63,190 nt of DNA, filler included, from Octopus bimaculoides (GCF_001194135.2; 8 parts of 7 records of this genome joined end to end with filler, not necessarily neighbours in it), one strand, 5' to 3'; shown: positions 1 through 13,500, counted from the first letter of the whole stretch. Numbers and translations are program-made. The notes: generated from the letters alone by a model not told the origin.

Positions 1-286
1 CATACATGCATGCAAGCATACACACACACACACATATATATATATGTACACACATACATACATGCATGCAAGCATACACACACACACACACACACGCACA
101 CATACACACATAAAGGCAATGCTTCACCACCTAAAAACGAAATGGAAGAACTGCGGGTTCACTCGCACTACTTGACAACTTCCGCACGCATTTTCTACTT
201 TATTCTCATACCGATCAAAGCCTTGTGAGTGAATTTGGTAGACGCTTGAAACTCAGAGTACCAAGGGGTCTGCATCAAAATGTTTT

Positions 287-287
287 G

Positions 288-359
<72 letters not shown>

Positions 360-376
360 GTCTGTCTGTCTATCTA
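287..376. repeat. (TATC)n/(TGTC)n tetranucleotide microsatellite, one of dozens of (TA)n, (CA)n, (GA)n, (CATA)n, (GATA)n and (ATT)n tracts
   Basis: Directly visible. Other large tracts lie at about 1-110, 5310-5520, 6420-6482, 8263-8417, 12895-12955, 28240-28460, 31370-31465 and 57655-57715. Confidence 0.98.
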
Positions 377-1515
377 TCCTTTTCTATGATGTTCTGCCCT
401 ATCTGATTATTTTATTTTTTAATTATTTTATAATAGCCTTTATTTCTAAAATAAATCTAATTTTTGTACCTCTATAAATTCATACTTAGTTTATATAAAA
501 CAATACTGGTATATTCACTACTTAAAATAAACTGTTTAGATTTATAATTTAATTAATATATAGTTAGCATGTTCTTTTGCCTCAGTACTCCTTTATTAAA
601 TACCAGTATATACCAATTGACCAATATTCACACACACCGTCAGATAAGTTAGTATTTAAGTATATAATATGTATAAATATTAAAGTATTTCTATGTAATT
701 TCTTTTCCTCCCTCTATTGTGGTAAAAGTTTGGTATATACTCAGAAGTATTTTAAAAAACTTTCTATCCTTTTGTTATAATATTCTTCTTAATAATCTTC
801 TGAATAACCCTAAACTTTAACTTTATACAATATGGCAATATTGTTTAAAATATTTAACTATAGTACTAGATGATAAGATTTTCACTGTTTCATTATCACT
901 GGTCTGCTAGTGGCCGGCCCCCTTAATTGTCAGCTAACATCTTGATTTAAGTTTTCCTTTACCAAATCTTGTGATATTGCTTCTAATAAATCTTGAAATT
1001 TTTTTTTTTTGCTTTTTTGTTTACTCACTATGATTTCTGTCGACTCCCTCAGTCCCATTCCTAACAGACACTGCTCCTTATTCTCTCGGCATTAGATATA
1101 CAAAGATTTGATAAAACTAGTTTATAAATTAAGACTGACCGCATAAAACAGTGACAAGCAAAATCTGCAACAAGTCTTTCTTCCTGATACCTTAGTAGCT
1201 TCTAAGCTGAAGTGAAGGCAGCATGTTCTTTGTCTATTTCCTTACCTTCTTAGAAATTTTAGGTAAAATTATACTGTGTCCATCTGTTTTAACTTAATTA
1301 AATTCTATGTCTTTATGCAGCTGAGAATTGCTCTGCATTTAAATCGATGTAATGATTGCATTGTTCAATTAAATGGAGTTGCTTGAAACTATCGTACTGC
1401 ATTACCTCTGGATATCCTTGTTGCTTATTTTGATTTTAATCACTTTATTTTGAAATTGCATGGATAACGCCGTACTAAATTCTGGTGCCTCAACTTAAGT
1501 AGCATATTCATCAGA

Positions 1516-1554
<39 letters not shown>

Positions 1555-2467
1555 NNNNNNNNNNNNNNNNNNNNNNNNNNNNNNNNNNNNNNNNNNNNNN
1601 NNNNNNNNNNNNNNNNNNNNNNNNNNNNNNNNNNNNNNNNNNNNNNNNNNNNNNNNNNNNNNNNNNNNNNNNNNNNNNNNNNNNNNNNNNNNNNNNNNNN
1701 NNNNNNNNNNNNNNNNNNNNNNNNNNNNNNNNNNNNNNNNNNNNNNNNNNNNNNNNNNNNNNNNNNNNNNNNNNNNNNNNNNNNNNNNNNNNNNNNNNNN
1801 NNNNNNNNNNNNNNNNNNNNNNNNNNNNNNNNNNNNNNNNNNNNNNNNNNNNNNNNNNNNNNNNNNNNNNNNNNNNNNNNNNNNNNNNNNNNNNNNNNNN
1901 NNNNNNNNNNNNNNNNNNNNNNNNNNNNNNNNNNNNNNNNNNNNNNNNNNNNNNNNNNNNNNNNNNNNNNNNNNNNNNNNNNNNNNNNNNNNNNNNNNNN
2001 NNNNNNNNNNNNNNNNNNNNNNNNNNNNNNNNNNNNNNNNNNNNNNNNNNNNNNNNNNNNNNNNNNNNNNNNNNNNNNNNNNNNNNNNNNNNNNNNNNNN
2101 NNNNNNNNNNNNNNNNNNNNNNNNNNNNNNNNNNNNNNNNNNNNNNNNNNNNNNNNNNNNNNNNNNNNNNNNNNNNNNNNNNNNNNNNNNNNNNNNNNNN
2201 NNNNNNNNNNNNNNNNNNNNNNNNNNNNNNNNNNNNNNNNNNNNNNNNNNNNNNNNNNNNNNNNNNNNNNNNNNNNNNNNNNNNNNNNNNNNNNNNNNNN
2301 NNNNNNNNNNNNNNNNNNNNNNNNNNNNNNNNNNNNNNNNNNNNNNNNNNNNNNNNNNNNNNNNNNNNNNNNNNNNNNNNNNNNNNNNNNNNNNNNNNNN
2401 NNNNNNNNNNNNNNNNNNNNNNNNNNNNNNNNNNNNNNNNNNNNNNNNNNNNNNNNNNNNNNNNNNN
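1555..2467. other. Assembly gap (N-run), one of many
   Basis: Run of N. Nearly all gaps in the window are flanked by microsatellites. Confidence 0.99.
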
Positions 2468-2499
2468 TATATATATATATGTATGTATGTATGTATTTG

Positions 2500-2705
2500 T
2501 GTGTATCTTTGTGCCTGCGTTTGTCTCAGCGCCATCGCCTGACAGCCGATGTCTAGGTGTTTAGGTTCCCGTAACGTAGCGGCTCGGCAAAAAGGAACGA
2601 TAAAGTAAGTACCAAGCTTGCAAAAGTCTTGGAGTCGATTTCTTCGGCTAAAAGTGTTTAAGGCAGTGCCCCAGCATGGACGAATGACTAAAACAAATAA
2701 ATGCA
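2500..2705 (+). mobile_element. 3' half of the abundant microsatellite-containing tRNA-derived SINE family
   Basis: Diverged match to the 3' half of the copies at 14631 and 27003 (gtttgtc...gtaacttagc...ataagtac...gtcgattt...ccccagcatgg). Confidence 0.75.
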
Positions 2706-2744
2706 ATAAAAAAGACCCCACCATATATATATATATATATGTAA

Positions 2745-4010
2745 ATATAAAAATAAAATGCACCGTGAGAAATCTGTTACATAACTCTACTGCTACATAC
2801 ATAGGTGCAACTAAAAACTTCAAACATCGCTACGCAGCCCATTTGCACTCTTTTAGATACGACAAACAGTAAATCTACAACATTAGCCAATCACATTCAT
2901 CACCTCAAAAGCAAAAATACCCAATACACCTTAAAATAGTCCATCTTAGATTCTGGAACTCCATACCAGGGCCAGCGCTCCAACTGCAAGCTTTGCCTAA
3001 TGGAGGCGTTCCATATTTTAAAATACAATTCTCCCACTCTACTTAATCGATATAACGAAGCGTTTAGCAACTGCAATCACCGCTCTTTCTACACATTTAA
3101 ATGTTATCACAAGCAAAATTGCACAAACGATCACGCAACGTAATCACACGACTCCCCACAGGCAACCTATTCAACCTGGCAAAAACATCCATCTTTTACC
3201 ATCTTTTGAATAGGCTTATTTCCTTTCGATTATATCACCACATATGTATATCCCCAAATCGATTTCCTCCACACTCTAATTCACAATAACACCACCACCG
3301 CATACAGACTACGTCGTTTCTTTCAATCCCATTCCACCGTCTGTAAATAGGTTTGGCTGCATTCTTGAATATGATACTACTAACTACCTTTCCCACCCAT
3401 CTCTCCCTTTATTTCTGTCCTTGCTTTACCACTCATACCCCCACCACCTATATACTACATACGCGCATTCCTTCTTACTCACTAAACCTTTTAACCTCAT
3501 CCCCCCATTCCTCCTTCTCTCTATACGCTCATCCCCTCTATCCTGTAAGATCAACTGACCATAAAAATATACCGCTACCAATTCTCCATCTCAATCTTTC
3601 CTCTACCCCCTTTCCCATTCTGTCTTCACGACTTGACCTAATTACCCTACGCTCACTTCTCACTTGACTTGGACATTCTTCAAGTAAACAAGCAAAAACC
3701 ATCGGATGCAATATGGAATATATTCACCATTGCTTCAACATCTATTTCCGGATTATCCCCACAAGGATTACTTTACACGGATATTTACTACTGGAATGAA
3801 ACTACACTTCAAGTACTGTTCTCTCCTTCTTTTTAGCCCATCACACTCTATATCACTTCATACTAAAACTATCCGCCTATGGATATAATAATCGATTCCT
3901 TTATTTTTTCTGTCTCCGATGAAAGGAAGTACTGGATCTTCTCAGAAACAGCTGTAAGACTCTATCCATAAAATATTTCTCCAACCTTACCATTGCTCTC
4001 TTTATCTTTT
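2745..4010 (+). mobile_element. Penelope-like retroelement 3' remnant: GIY-YIG endonuclease, C/T-rich 3' region and hammerhead
   Basis: 2760-3110 translates, with stops and frameshift, as TATYIGATKNFKHRYAAHLHSF..TTLANHIHHLKSK..SILDSGTPY..CKLCLMEAFHILK..LLNRYNEAFSNCNH. This is the YIG.T..FK.R...H / C.LCL.E..IL / LN...E....C.H pattern of PLE endonucleases. Confidence 0.85.
3911..3960 (+). ncRNA. Type I hammerhead ribozyme motif (core variant CCGAUGA)
   Basis: gtct CCGATGA aa ggaag-tactggat-cttct ca GAAAC agct GTA agac. Stem I gtct/agac, stem II ggaag/cttct, palindromic stem III ACAGCTGT; U4 is replaced by C. Confidence 0.7.
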
Positions 4011-5089
4011 TATTTTTATATTTACATATACACACGCTAAGGTCCCGTTGCAGGAGCGGTAGACATTAATGTTTCTTCATCCTTGTGACTCATCAACATC
4101 ACGTACCGACTCGTCTATGATTTCGAAGTGTTTTAACGCCAGACACATATAACACGTATAACTACACTCTTGCGCCTACGAATCGCAGCCTGCACCCGAA
4201 CTGGAAAAACATATGCCTTGTGTATTTGTGTTCGATATTGTTTACAAGAAATATTAGTGGAACATTCCTGTTAGAATTTCTGTCAAGTCAAACATAAACG
4301 GACCAGCCATCGTCATTTGGAACAGAAAAGACAAGTCATGTACAGTTTTAGAGGTTAGCTGCGATCCTCATGTGAAACATCCCAAATCAGCTAGATGAAG
4401 AATATATTAGGATAACTATTCCGAATCCTGCTGAACTTTGTCATTATAAATTTATATTTATATCAATAATTACACTGTGAAACACGATTTTTGTCCTTGG
4501 TTAGCAATTGTTACTTCCTATTTGCTTATCCCTACAAAGTATGAAAAATGGCTAATATTTCCTTCAAATTTTTGCTTTTGTTACATTAATTCAAACCCCA
4601 AAGAATCCCTCTCAATACATGGCTATGATGCTCCCCCACTACTCCTGCTCATGATCAGAGATGCACATATTGTCAGCCTCTAAGGGACACGCTCAAGTGA
4701 TTAAGGTCAAACAACTGACAAGCAAATCTGTTCTCAGCGTTGAATTTGTCTGAAATGTAATGGAAAATAGGTCAGTTTCAAAACTTTGATGTCCAGGTCA
4801 CAAAAGCAAAGTTTGAAGAGAATAGTTGTCATTTCTTTTGATTTCTAGATAGAAGCAAATAGGAAATAACACTTACTAACCAAAGACAATAAATAAATAA
4901 ATAAATAAAAATAAAAATTTTGTTATACTGTGCTATTGGTGCACTTGGCTATGCTAGTGAACGTCTGAGCCAGAAACTGGCGAAGCTAAGAATTTCAAGT
5001 AAAGAAGGAGACCGGCGGACTCAAACTTAACAGATGCAATCTCTATATAGAACTATATAGATGTGCAACACCTTCTACATACATACATA

Positions 5090-5308
5090 CAAGGGGCTGC
5101 TGAAAAGTTCCCGGCTTTGGATAAAAGAAAATACAGGAGGATCAATTAATTATGATTTTATTGAACATATTCCCCTCTCATATTCACACACACATATTGC
5201 AGCAGTCCTTCAATTTTTCTAAGCTCTGTTAAAGAACTCGGAAGGCTGGACCTCCAACCAGGCCTTTCACGACATCTTTAAGGCCAAGAACTTTTCAGCA
5301 CCCCCTCG
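5090..5308. mobile_element. Mariner-derived MITE
   Basis: Imperfect TIRs caaggggctgctgaaaagttcccggc / gccaagaacttttcagcaccccctcg, with TA on both sides (5088-89, 5309-10); 219 bp. Confidence 0.85.
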
Positions 5309-5454
5309 TACATACATGCAAGCATACATGTAGACCTATAATCATATAGACATATATCATATACATGTACATACATACATGCATACATGCATGCATGCAT
5401 ACATGCATGCATACATGCATACATCCATCCATCCATACATACATGCACACACAC

Positions 5455-5485
<31 letters not shown>

Positions 5486-6435
5486 CACACACATACATAC
5501 ATACATACATACATACACACATGTATTCACATATATAAACGAATTCATACATGCATCTATGCATACATAAGTCACTTCCTGTCAATCCAGTATGAGATTA
5601 CTAAAACAATATACAGAGCCAGCCGTAAGAAAGACTACCCTAAGATAAATATAGAAAATATTTTTGTTGTATAGTACATCTACATACATTCCAATACAAA
5701 GGATATTAGCAAAACATTCACGTCACAACTTCCGCTAAATGCCAGCATAACAGGCTTCATTTAGTTGTTTTGGAGGGAAAGGGATTAAATCTTGTAGAGT
5801 TATAGGGGCCAGCTGCCCTGCAGATGTGAGCATTTCTTTCATAATATCTGACAAAGAAAATATTTTTGGACAAGCTATTTCGAAATATAATTCTTCTCTA
5901 TCTTTTGGTTATAAATTCACATTTTTATCTGTAATTATCGGCGTACTTGATTATGATAATAAAGGCCTAAGTGACGATCTCAACGATTTTTTGGTCAAAA
6001 ACGTGACCAGCTAACACATTCTTCACAAATACAATCTGTAAGTGGAACCGTAAAAATATGGAAGAATTCCTCAAGTCGAAAATGTAACTCTTCCCCATTG
6101 TATTATCCAAATTCCAATGATAACGCTTCGGTTCTTCGTCAGAAATTAGCTTCCTCTTTATAGGAAGGAGACAAATAAGTAAACAATAGAAATAATATGT
6201 AGACATATTAATATATACAAAAATACGATAGCCATTATTAATAAATGGGGTATGATTTGGCAACATGTACCATGCTTTGGTTAATTGTTTTAGGTGATTA
6301 TATAATCGCTAGCAAACAGACAACATCTAGTCATTCGCGCCTATGACTCAGCGAAACATCGAAGATGTAACAACTGGAGAAAGAGAGAGGGAGAGGGGGA
6401 GAGGGGAGAGGGAAGGGGGAAGAGAGAGGGAATGG

Positions 6436-6486
<51 letters not shown>

Positions 6487-6527
6487 AATGAGACAGAGAG
6501 TTGCATCATAGTCTGGTCGGTACTCAC

Positions 6528-6660
6528 TTTCAGGTAAGAAAACTGGAACAACATGGACTGAAGTTCCTTGCTCAAGGATACAACACGCTGCTCGACCTCA
6601 TAATCGAACCCACGGCCCAATAATCATAAGCTCAACACTCTAACCAGAAGAACACGCGCT
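6528..6660 (-). mobile_element. tRNA-derived SINE head fragment
   Basis: The reverse complement has ggttagagtg and gggttcgatt (Pol III A/B-box-like) followed by tgtatccttgagcaaggaac, similar to the 44113 SINE. Confidence 0.65.
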
Positions 6661-8084
6661 TTTACATGTATGCATATTTTCACGCATGTCCATACACTCA
6701 TATACACAGAAAGACACACACATGCATACGCGCAAAATTTATACATATGTACATACATGTATACGTATATACATACAAACAAACAGACAGAAAGATAGAC
6801 AAACAGAAAGACAGAAAGACAGATATATCCACATAAATACAAATAGACACGTGCGCACATTCACATAGACATACACACATGCATACATACATAGAGACAA
6901 AACAGTTGCATTAGATAACAACATTGTCAGCTGGAGAAAAAACGGAATTTTACTGAAGGGAATATTCACACTTGATGACTGAACGCACAACCGCCCCCTA
7001 TTTTTAATGTGAAAAATTACAGTAAAAACCAAAACCAAACCTCATCTAAGTGGTTTCTTTATCCTTTTTATTTATCCCAAAGCGGCAACGAATACTTTGG
7101 TACTGGAAATCTATGATATATAGGCAATGAGGATCAAAAGAAAGTAATTAAGGAGTATTATACAGATTTTAAAACAGGTGGATCTCTGAGTTGTCATTTT
7201 TTACAAGATACATACAACAACTAAGTACTCAATACTGTGTCATGTGTGAAGCACTCAAACGGTTCTTGAAAATGTCTCATGCAGCTCCAGAGGTATTGAA
7301 CCAGTCTCTCCGAACAATGAGTTGGAAGAGAAATACTCTGTATACAAACACAATGTATACTTAGTTCTATGTATACTTTTCGGAAAGTAAAAACGATGTC
7401 AGGACCTCACTTAGACTAGATACAAAATTTAAAAGATTATACTTGTACAATCCTAGCACAAAAGATAATCTAGAGAACTGGATTGAGTCATAATCTACAA
7501 CGACACATTTTCGAACGCCTTCATTTCGAAGGCTGATATTTTTCAAGAAAAAAATATTTTTCACAAAGTCTCAAAGGTCATTTAATCGGGGGTTATATAT
7601 TTGTGAAATATGTTAAAACATTTACTTTAAAAGTAACTTCTAAATTTTACAATGATAGATAAAGGGCAAGTTTCCTGAGGGAGTCTATAGCATCTTATTG
7701 AATTTCAAGATCATAAAAATTATATTTTAAAATCTTATATCGCGAGAATTCCTTTTGTTTTACCCCTTTCTTTTAGAGCATGGTCTTCCACAGAGTATAC
7801 TTTCACTTTCGTCTAGCTTGGCTCTTTTTGAGGCTCTTATGATTTGAGGAAGTTCAACATTAGAGCACTCTCTATTCAAGTCTATCTCCGTCGTTAAGCT
7901 ATATCGTTGTTTTAAGTTTGCGGCAATCCAATTTGCATGTACTCATCCATTGACCACAAATCTAGTAGTTATAATGTTGCTGAGCTAACAACATCAGAGT
8001 CGTATATTTTATTCGAAACCAGTCAATAACTTCTTTAACTACAGGTAAATGAAGCTTCAATAAATTATAAACTGTTGGAATTTC

Positions 8085-8261
8085 ACTCAGGGCAAAATGC
8101 TTAGCAGCATTTCGTCCGTCTTTACGTCCTCCTGAGTTCAAATTCTGCCGAGGTCGACTTTGTCTTTCATCCTTTCGGTGTCGATAAAATAAGTACCAGA
8201 GTCGATGTAATCAACTATCCCTCTCCCTCAAACTTGCTAGCCCTGTGCCAAAATTTGAAGC

Positions 8262-8327
<66 letters not shown>

Positions 8328-8377
8328 CATCATCATTATTATTATTATTATTATCATTATTATTATTATTATTATTA

Positions 8378-8417
<40 letters not shown>
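8085..8417 (+). mobile_element. SINE with (ATT)n tail
   Basis: gagttcaaattctgccgaggtcgactttgtctttcatcc...ataagtaccag...caaaatttgaa followed by (att)n. The family recurs at about 12785-12955, 18670-18850(-), 53765-53960, 55330-55545(-), 56070-56140(-) and 57420-57650. Confidence 0.8.
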
Positions 8418-8862
8418 GAGTGAGAGATCATTGCATGCCATCAAAGTGACACGGGTAAAATATATGAAGCCCAGTATACCCATCATGACGACTCGTCTGA
8501 CAAGGGAACACCAGGAACATGCATCACAACCATATGTGAGTGACATGGTGAGCGCGTATCAAGATAAATAGCACATGATCTTGCAGGTGGAGCCCAGTTA
8601 GAAATTTCTTCAGGTCGAGTAGTCCATCCCGCTCAATAGGTCCCTGAATAAGGATTGTTTATGGATGTTGAACGAAACAGCCATGTTTCCAAAGGTGAAT
8701 TATCCAAACTCAAAAGAATTCCTTTCAATACATGGCTATGATGCTCCCCCACCACTCCAGTTTGTGATCAGAGATGCACATATCGTCAGCCACTAGGACT
8801 CAACTGGTTAAGGTCAAACAACTGACAAGCAAAACTGGTATTAAGCAGAATATTTGCTGTAC
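8418..8862 (-). mobile_element. SINE of a second family ending in the same (ATT)n tract
   Basis: Shares tcaatacatggctatgatgctccccc...gatcagagatgcaca...aaggtcaaacaactgacaagcaaa with the fragment at 4596-4730 and abuts the microsatellite. Confidence 0.65.
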
Positions 8863-9009
8863 CAGACAAAACAATGTACATGATAACACTTATTATTATT
8901 ATTGTTAGTCTATCGACACGTCCTCGTACATCGCTGCGTAAGTTTTGCTACTATTCATATTGTTATACATTGTTTTACATTTGTTATTGTTACTTAATTA
9001 AACAAACCA

Positions 9010-12000
9010 GTACCTTGGGGGAACTGGTAGCATTTAGGGGCTGTCTTAGGATTTGTTTGGTTACAAAACCCTTCATTTTTTTTTCGCTAAAACCAAAGAT
9101 GGCTGAAAAGAACAGCGGGTTATCCGCAAGAGGGAACAGCCAAGTCGAACAAGACAGCGACTGCTGTAACAACAACAACAATAACTACAACAATAACGCA
9201 CGTGAAGCGTATGAAAATGAATGTCAACAACACCAACAACAACACGGACACTTTCGCGGCGGCAGCAGCCAAAATGAGACCACAATTCAGCCTAGACCTC
9301 AGAAACAAAGATAAAAATTTGACCGAAGCCTGGAAACTCATCAAACACGAGCAAACATGGGCCAACCTAACCGTCCCGGCAGAAGCGATCGAAGCAATAG
9401 AGAAAAGAACGATGCATTTCAGATGCATCTCAGCAGAGTCGCAGAAAGCGACTTTAATAGCACAAGCAAATATTGAAGCTGTGCTGAAATGCATCAGGGA
9501 TGATCCTGAGTACATAGTGAGGAGTAAATAATACGGCACCATTTCGGTGCTTTTTAAGTCAGAAGTCCTCACTATGAGACACTCATTGACCCCTTGCAAA
9601 ACCAACAAGGTTATTATAAACCCTTCACATATGGGAAAATGAACAGCACATGTCCGCATTCTCAGGATTCCACCAGAACTTGATATGTGGTGGCTTCTGT
9701 GATGTGTAATCGAGCAAGGGTCAGATACTGTCCCGATAGAAGTGACAAAAACTGCCAGGAAGGACTGATCCGGGGTTGACCTCGAGATGCTTCTCCAGGT
9801 CAGACCAGAAAACGTAAAAAGGATCCCGGACCATATCCATCTCCAAAATAGGACGGTAATACACATAATGATTGAGGGCAAAAGGCCACATTGTTTCGTT
9901 GTGGAGAAAAGACCCATTTGCGAGCCTTCTGCCTTCAACTGATAAAAGGGGAAGGGGTCGAAGGTCTCCACTGCTGCCAACATCAATACCGGTAAATCCC
10001 CCAGCAACAACAAATGAAACACCATCAAAGACATTTGCCACACTAGGGAGAAACGAGGAAAGCGTCCCACTTCTCCCTCCCCACCAATAATACACACAGT
10101 AATAAAAACATAAACATACATACTGATAGCCACACTTACATCCTCAAATCTCTGTTCTTCCAATAGTGAAGATGAAGGAATACCAAAAGGCCTCCAAAAC
10201 ACAAAAAAGAAAACACAAAAAACTCCACAAAGCATAACAACACCCACAATAAAAATACACAGACACCACCCACGCATCTTTTATGTAGAGGTGGGGTGGC
10301 AGTGCTGTTTTAGAATGACCTGGATCTCGAGGTAAGGTATCTTCTGGGACTCGAACGGTAAACTGGTGGCTATGAACGTGAGCAATAGCGAAGGTGGCGT
10401 CTTTAGACTGGTGGCCATCTACACCCCTGCCGGGGTCAAATGGTCGGTTTTCCAGGCATCTAGAGGCTTATCTGGGTACGTCTCACCCCTTACTGTTAGT
10501 GAGGGGGGACTGGAAGGGCATCTTAGACGCACGCTGAGACTGTGTGGGAGTAGCTGATAGAAGCGGGGGCGGTGCAAAAGCCTCAAGCACGCAATCAGCC
10601 AGTTCCAGCTGTCTGACAGGTACTGACGAGATTTCCCTAATATTCACTAGCTTTACGTGAATATTGTAGACTTGTTCGATCTCCTCGAAGCGTTATACTG
10701 CAACTGATAGCAGAACGGGAGTATTCGCAGTTCTGTGAGCGGGAGCGTAGTGACGCTGATAAGGAAAGATGAAAACAAGAGGGACACATTAGATAACTTC
10801 AGGCCCATAACCCTACTCAACATGAAGTTTAAGATTTTGGCCAAGGTGTTAGGAAAGAGGTTGGCGCTTGTCATCGAGGATTCGGTTGGGAAGACACAAA
10901 CCTGCGAAATTTCGATCAGGTCCATACACGACAACCGTCACCTCATGCGATATATTATAGAAAGGGTTGAGTATAAACCTGGCTTCTGTGGGGTTCTGAT
11001 CGATTTAGATCAATCGAAAGCGTTCTATAGGGTCAACCATCGGTACCTGGGGGCTGTCCTCAAGGTAGCTGGCTTCGGCCCCCTCTTCAAAGGTTGAATC
11101 ACTGCAATGCACAGCGGCATCTGCTCGATGGTCAAAGTCAATGGCCACCTCTCGGAACCGTCTCAGATCTCCCGATCGGTCCGCCAAGGGTGCCCACTCT
11201 CCTCCCTTCTGTACGTATTGACTCTTGAGTTTTTTCTTCAGAAGCTAGAGCTGCAACAGGACATCCCGCTCGAATCGGGATGTGGAAGGGCTGTGTCAGG
11301 TTATGCGGGCGACATCACCGTGACGGTGTCGAACATTCGGTGGGCTTGCAGCTCGGTACCTGGCAGGTGGATAAGAATTGGGATGAAGTGACGAACAGAG
11401 TAGCTAGTCTCACCCAGAAATGGTCTACGGAGAAGATGTGACTGAAAGGCCGGGTTGAGGTGACGATTGCGTACATCGCTTCCGTCATCTACTACCGCTT
11501 GACCGTCGTGCCTTGCCCTTGCTCGCGCCTCGCCAAGTTGAAGCGCCTCCTCTTCAAATTCTTGTGGAGAGGACAGGTTTCGTTGGTGAGGCGGTCCATC
11601 TGTTGCCAGCGCCCTCTACGTGGAGGGCTGGGCATGCCGTGGTTAATCATACGTAGACATGCACTGAAGCTGCGGTATCTCCAGATATTCTGCCTAAACG
11701 GTGAACAGGTGTGGTCGCCGTTCGTCAAACAGGCCTTTCCCCAGCTCATCACCTTGACTGAGTTGCAGTCCTGGGTCAAGACGAGACCCAGACTGGGTGA
11801 GTGGTATCTGGAATGTTGCCAGGCACTCACTTCCGTCTATCAGGCGGGAAAGTCAGTCAGTAGGACATCCACTCTTGAGTTCTATAGAGGGTTGGTGGTG
11901 GAAAAGTGCGATGACGCACTTGGAGAGGCGCTGGGCGTCGAGGAGGTCGAATTGACCAGTCTGCTTCGGAGGACTTTCGAGCCTGGAACGATGGATAACT

Positions 12001-12775
12001 TCCAAAAATCCTTCGCTTGGTAGTGCTATCGGGGGCGGGGGGCACTGCCGGTTCGACTTAAACTCTACAGGCACGGAAGTGCTGTCAGACGGATCTGTCC
12101 GAGGTGCGCGCAGAGCGATGAAACCGTTCTGCACTCGTCCAGTGTCCATGCATTACTGACTCGTAGAGTTATGTGGAACAGTATTTGTCGCGTGTAGGAC
12201 GGATTCGGCTATCGGCTGAGTCCATAGTAAAGATTTTGACCCGCCGCCTTCCTTTGGCCAGGAAGGGCAGGCAATTTTCCTTTGTCTGATTGCAATAGCA
12301 AAAGAGCTTGTATGGTGGACCAGATTGAGTGGACTGAAGACAGACACTATTCTCTTCGGCCAATCCCTCATCAACTTTTTCAAATTCCACTTGGAAAGGA
12401 AGATGAGGATGGAGAAATAAGTGATGCCCCGTCCAGAACATTTGCTGAAAGGTGGGTGAATGTAGCGAAAAGGGACCGTGTGAGTAGACCTACTCTAATA
12501 ATGCGCGTGTAGGCTGGTGAATTTGAGGAGGAATGGTGTACCCTTCCCAAGTACCCTCGAAGCGTCGGGGGGTTCAGGCTTGGTAAGGTACCTGAGCCAA
12601 CCCTGGGTGGTCATTCCCCCTATTGGGGAAGTCTCATTGCTATATTTCTCATGTTTAATGTATATTGTTATTGTTTTCCTAATTGTTTACTCGTTGTTTT
12701 GTGTAAAACCCCCACTGTCTCTGTCAACGGTATGTCGGCCCTAGTGGCCAATAAAGGAAATAATAATTATTATTA
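9010..12775 (+). mobile_element. Degraded L1/Tx1-clade LINE: ORF1 with CCHC knuckle, partial APE, RT and C-terminal CCHC
   Basis: ORF1 starts near ATG 9099 and has CFRCGEKTHLRAFC at about 9890-9930. APE GKLVAMNV..FRLVAIYTP lies at about 10360-10430. RT motifs NFRPITLLNMKFKILAKVL, LDQSKAFYRVNH, VRQGCPLS and YAGD are present, then CPRCAQSDETVLH at about 12090-12135. AATAAA and an A/ATT-rich end lie at about 12750-12778. Many stops, frameshifts and deletions. Confidence 0.9.
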
Positions 12776-12892
12776 TCATCATTCCACCGAGGTCGACTTT
12801 GTCTTTCATCCAATCGGGGTCTATAAATTAAGTACCAGTCAAGTACTGATGTCGATGTAATCGACTATCCTCTTTGTGGCAAAATTTGAAAC

Positions 12893-12955
<63 letters not shown>

Positions 12956-13058
12956 GCTATTTAATTAACAGTAATACATTAAACAGGCTGGCGTTACACT
13001 TACTTGATTTTTGCTTTAATGAATAAGCTAATAAATATTAGGAAATGTGAAATGAGAT

Positions 13059-13158
13059 NNNNNNNNNNNNNNNNNNNNNNNNNNNNNNNNNNNNNNNNNN
13101 NNTTAATTAATTAANNNNNNNNNNNNNNNNNNNNNNNNNNNNNNNNNNNNNNNNNNNN
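13059..13158. other. Scaffolding linker: 44 N + TTAATTAATTAA + 44 N
   Basis: The identical 12-mer is centred in 100-bp N gaps at 13103, 27743, 39945, 52385, 55116, 57825 and 61146. It gives stops in all six frames and is an assembly artefact. Confidence 0.95.
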
Positions 13159-13259
13159 CTGGAGCCTGGTGTTGCCATCCGGTTTCACCAGTCCTCAGTC
13201 AAATCGTCCAACCCATGCTAGCATGGAAAGCGGACGTTAAACGATGATGATGATGATGA

Positions 13260-13295
<36 letters not shown>

Positions 13296-13500
13296 TTGGT
13301 ATTCAGAAGGGATTGGTGTTAGGAAGGGCATCCAGCTATAGAAACCATGCCAAATCAAACTGGAGTCAGGTGCAGCACCTCCAGCTTGACAGCTCTGGTC
13401 ACACTGTCCAGCCCTGGTCACACTGTCCAGCCCTGGTCACACTGTCCAGCCCATGCCAGCATGAACAACGGACATTAAATAATGATGATGATGATGATAT
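13159..13500 (+). mobile_element. Two RTE-type 3' tails ending in (GAT)n; the second has a 19-bp unit x3
   Basis: ccaacccatgctagcatggaaagcggacgttaaacgatgatg and ccagcccatgccagcatg...aaataatgatgatg. ctggtcacactgtccagcc is repeated three times at about 13395-13451. Confidence 0.75.

Noticed and set aside
6118-6150. Minus-strand CTGACGA...GAAGCGTTA hammerhead-like string
   Set aside because: GAAA is broken, with no stem II or stem I pairing.
7985-8050. GAAAC-CA-GTC-aataac half-hammerhead beside a possible decayed PLE at about 7100-8080
   Set aside because: No CTGANGA on the same strand; protein similarity too weak to call.
9120-10277. 385-aa minus-strand ORF
   Set aside because: Antisense to LINE ORF1, with no recognisable domain and composition explained by the A/C-rich sense strand.
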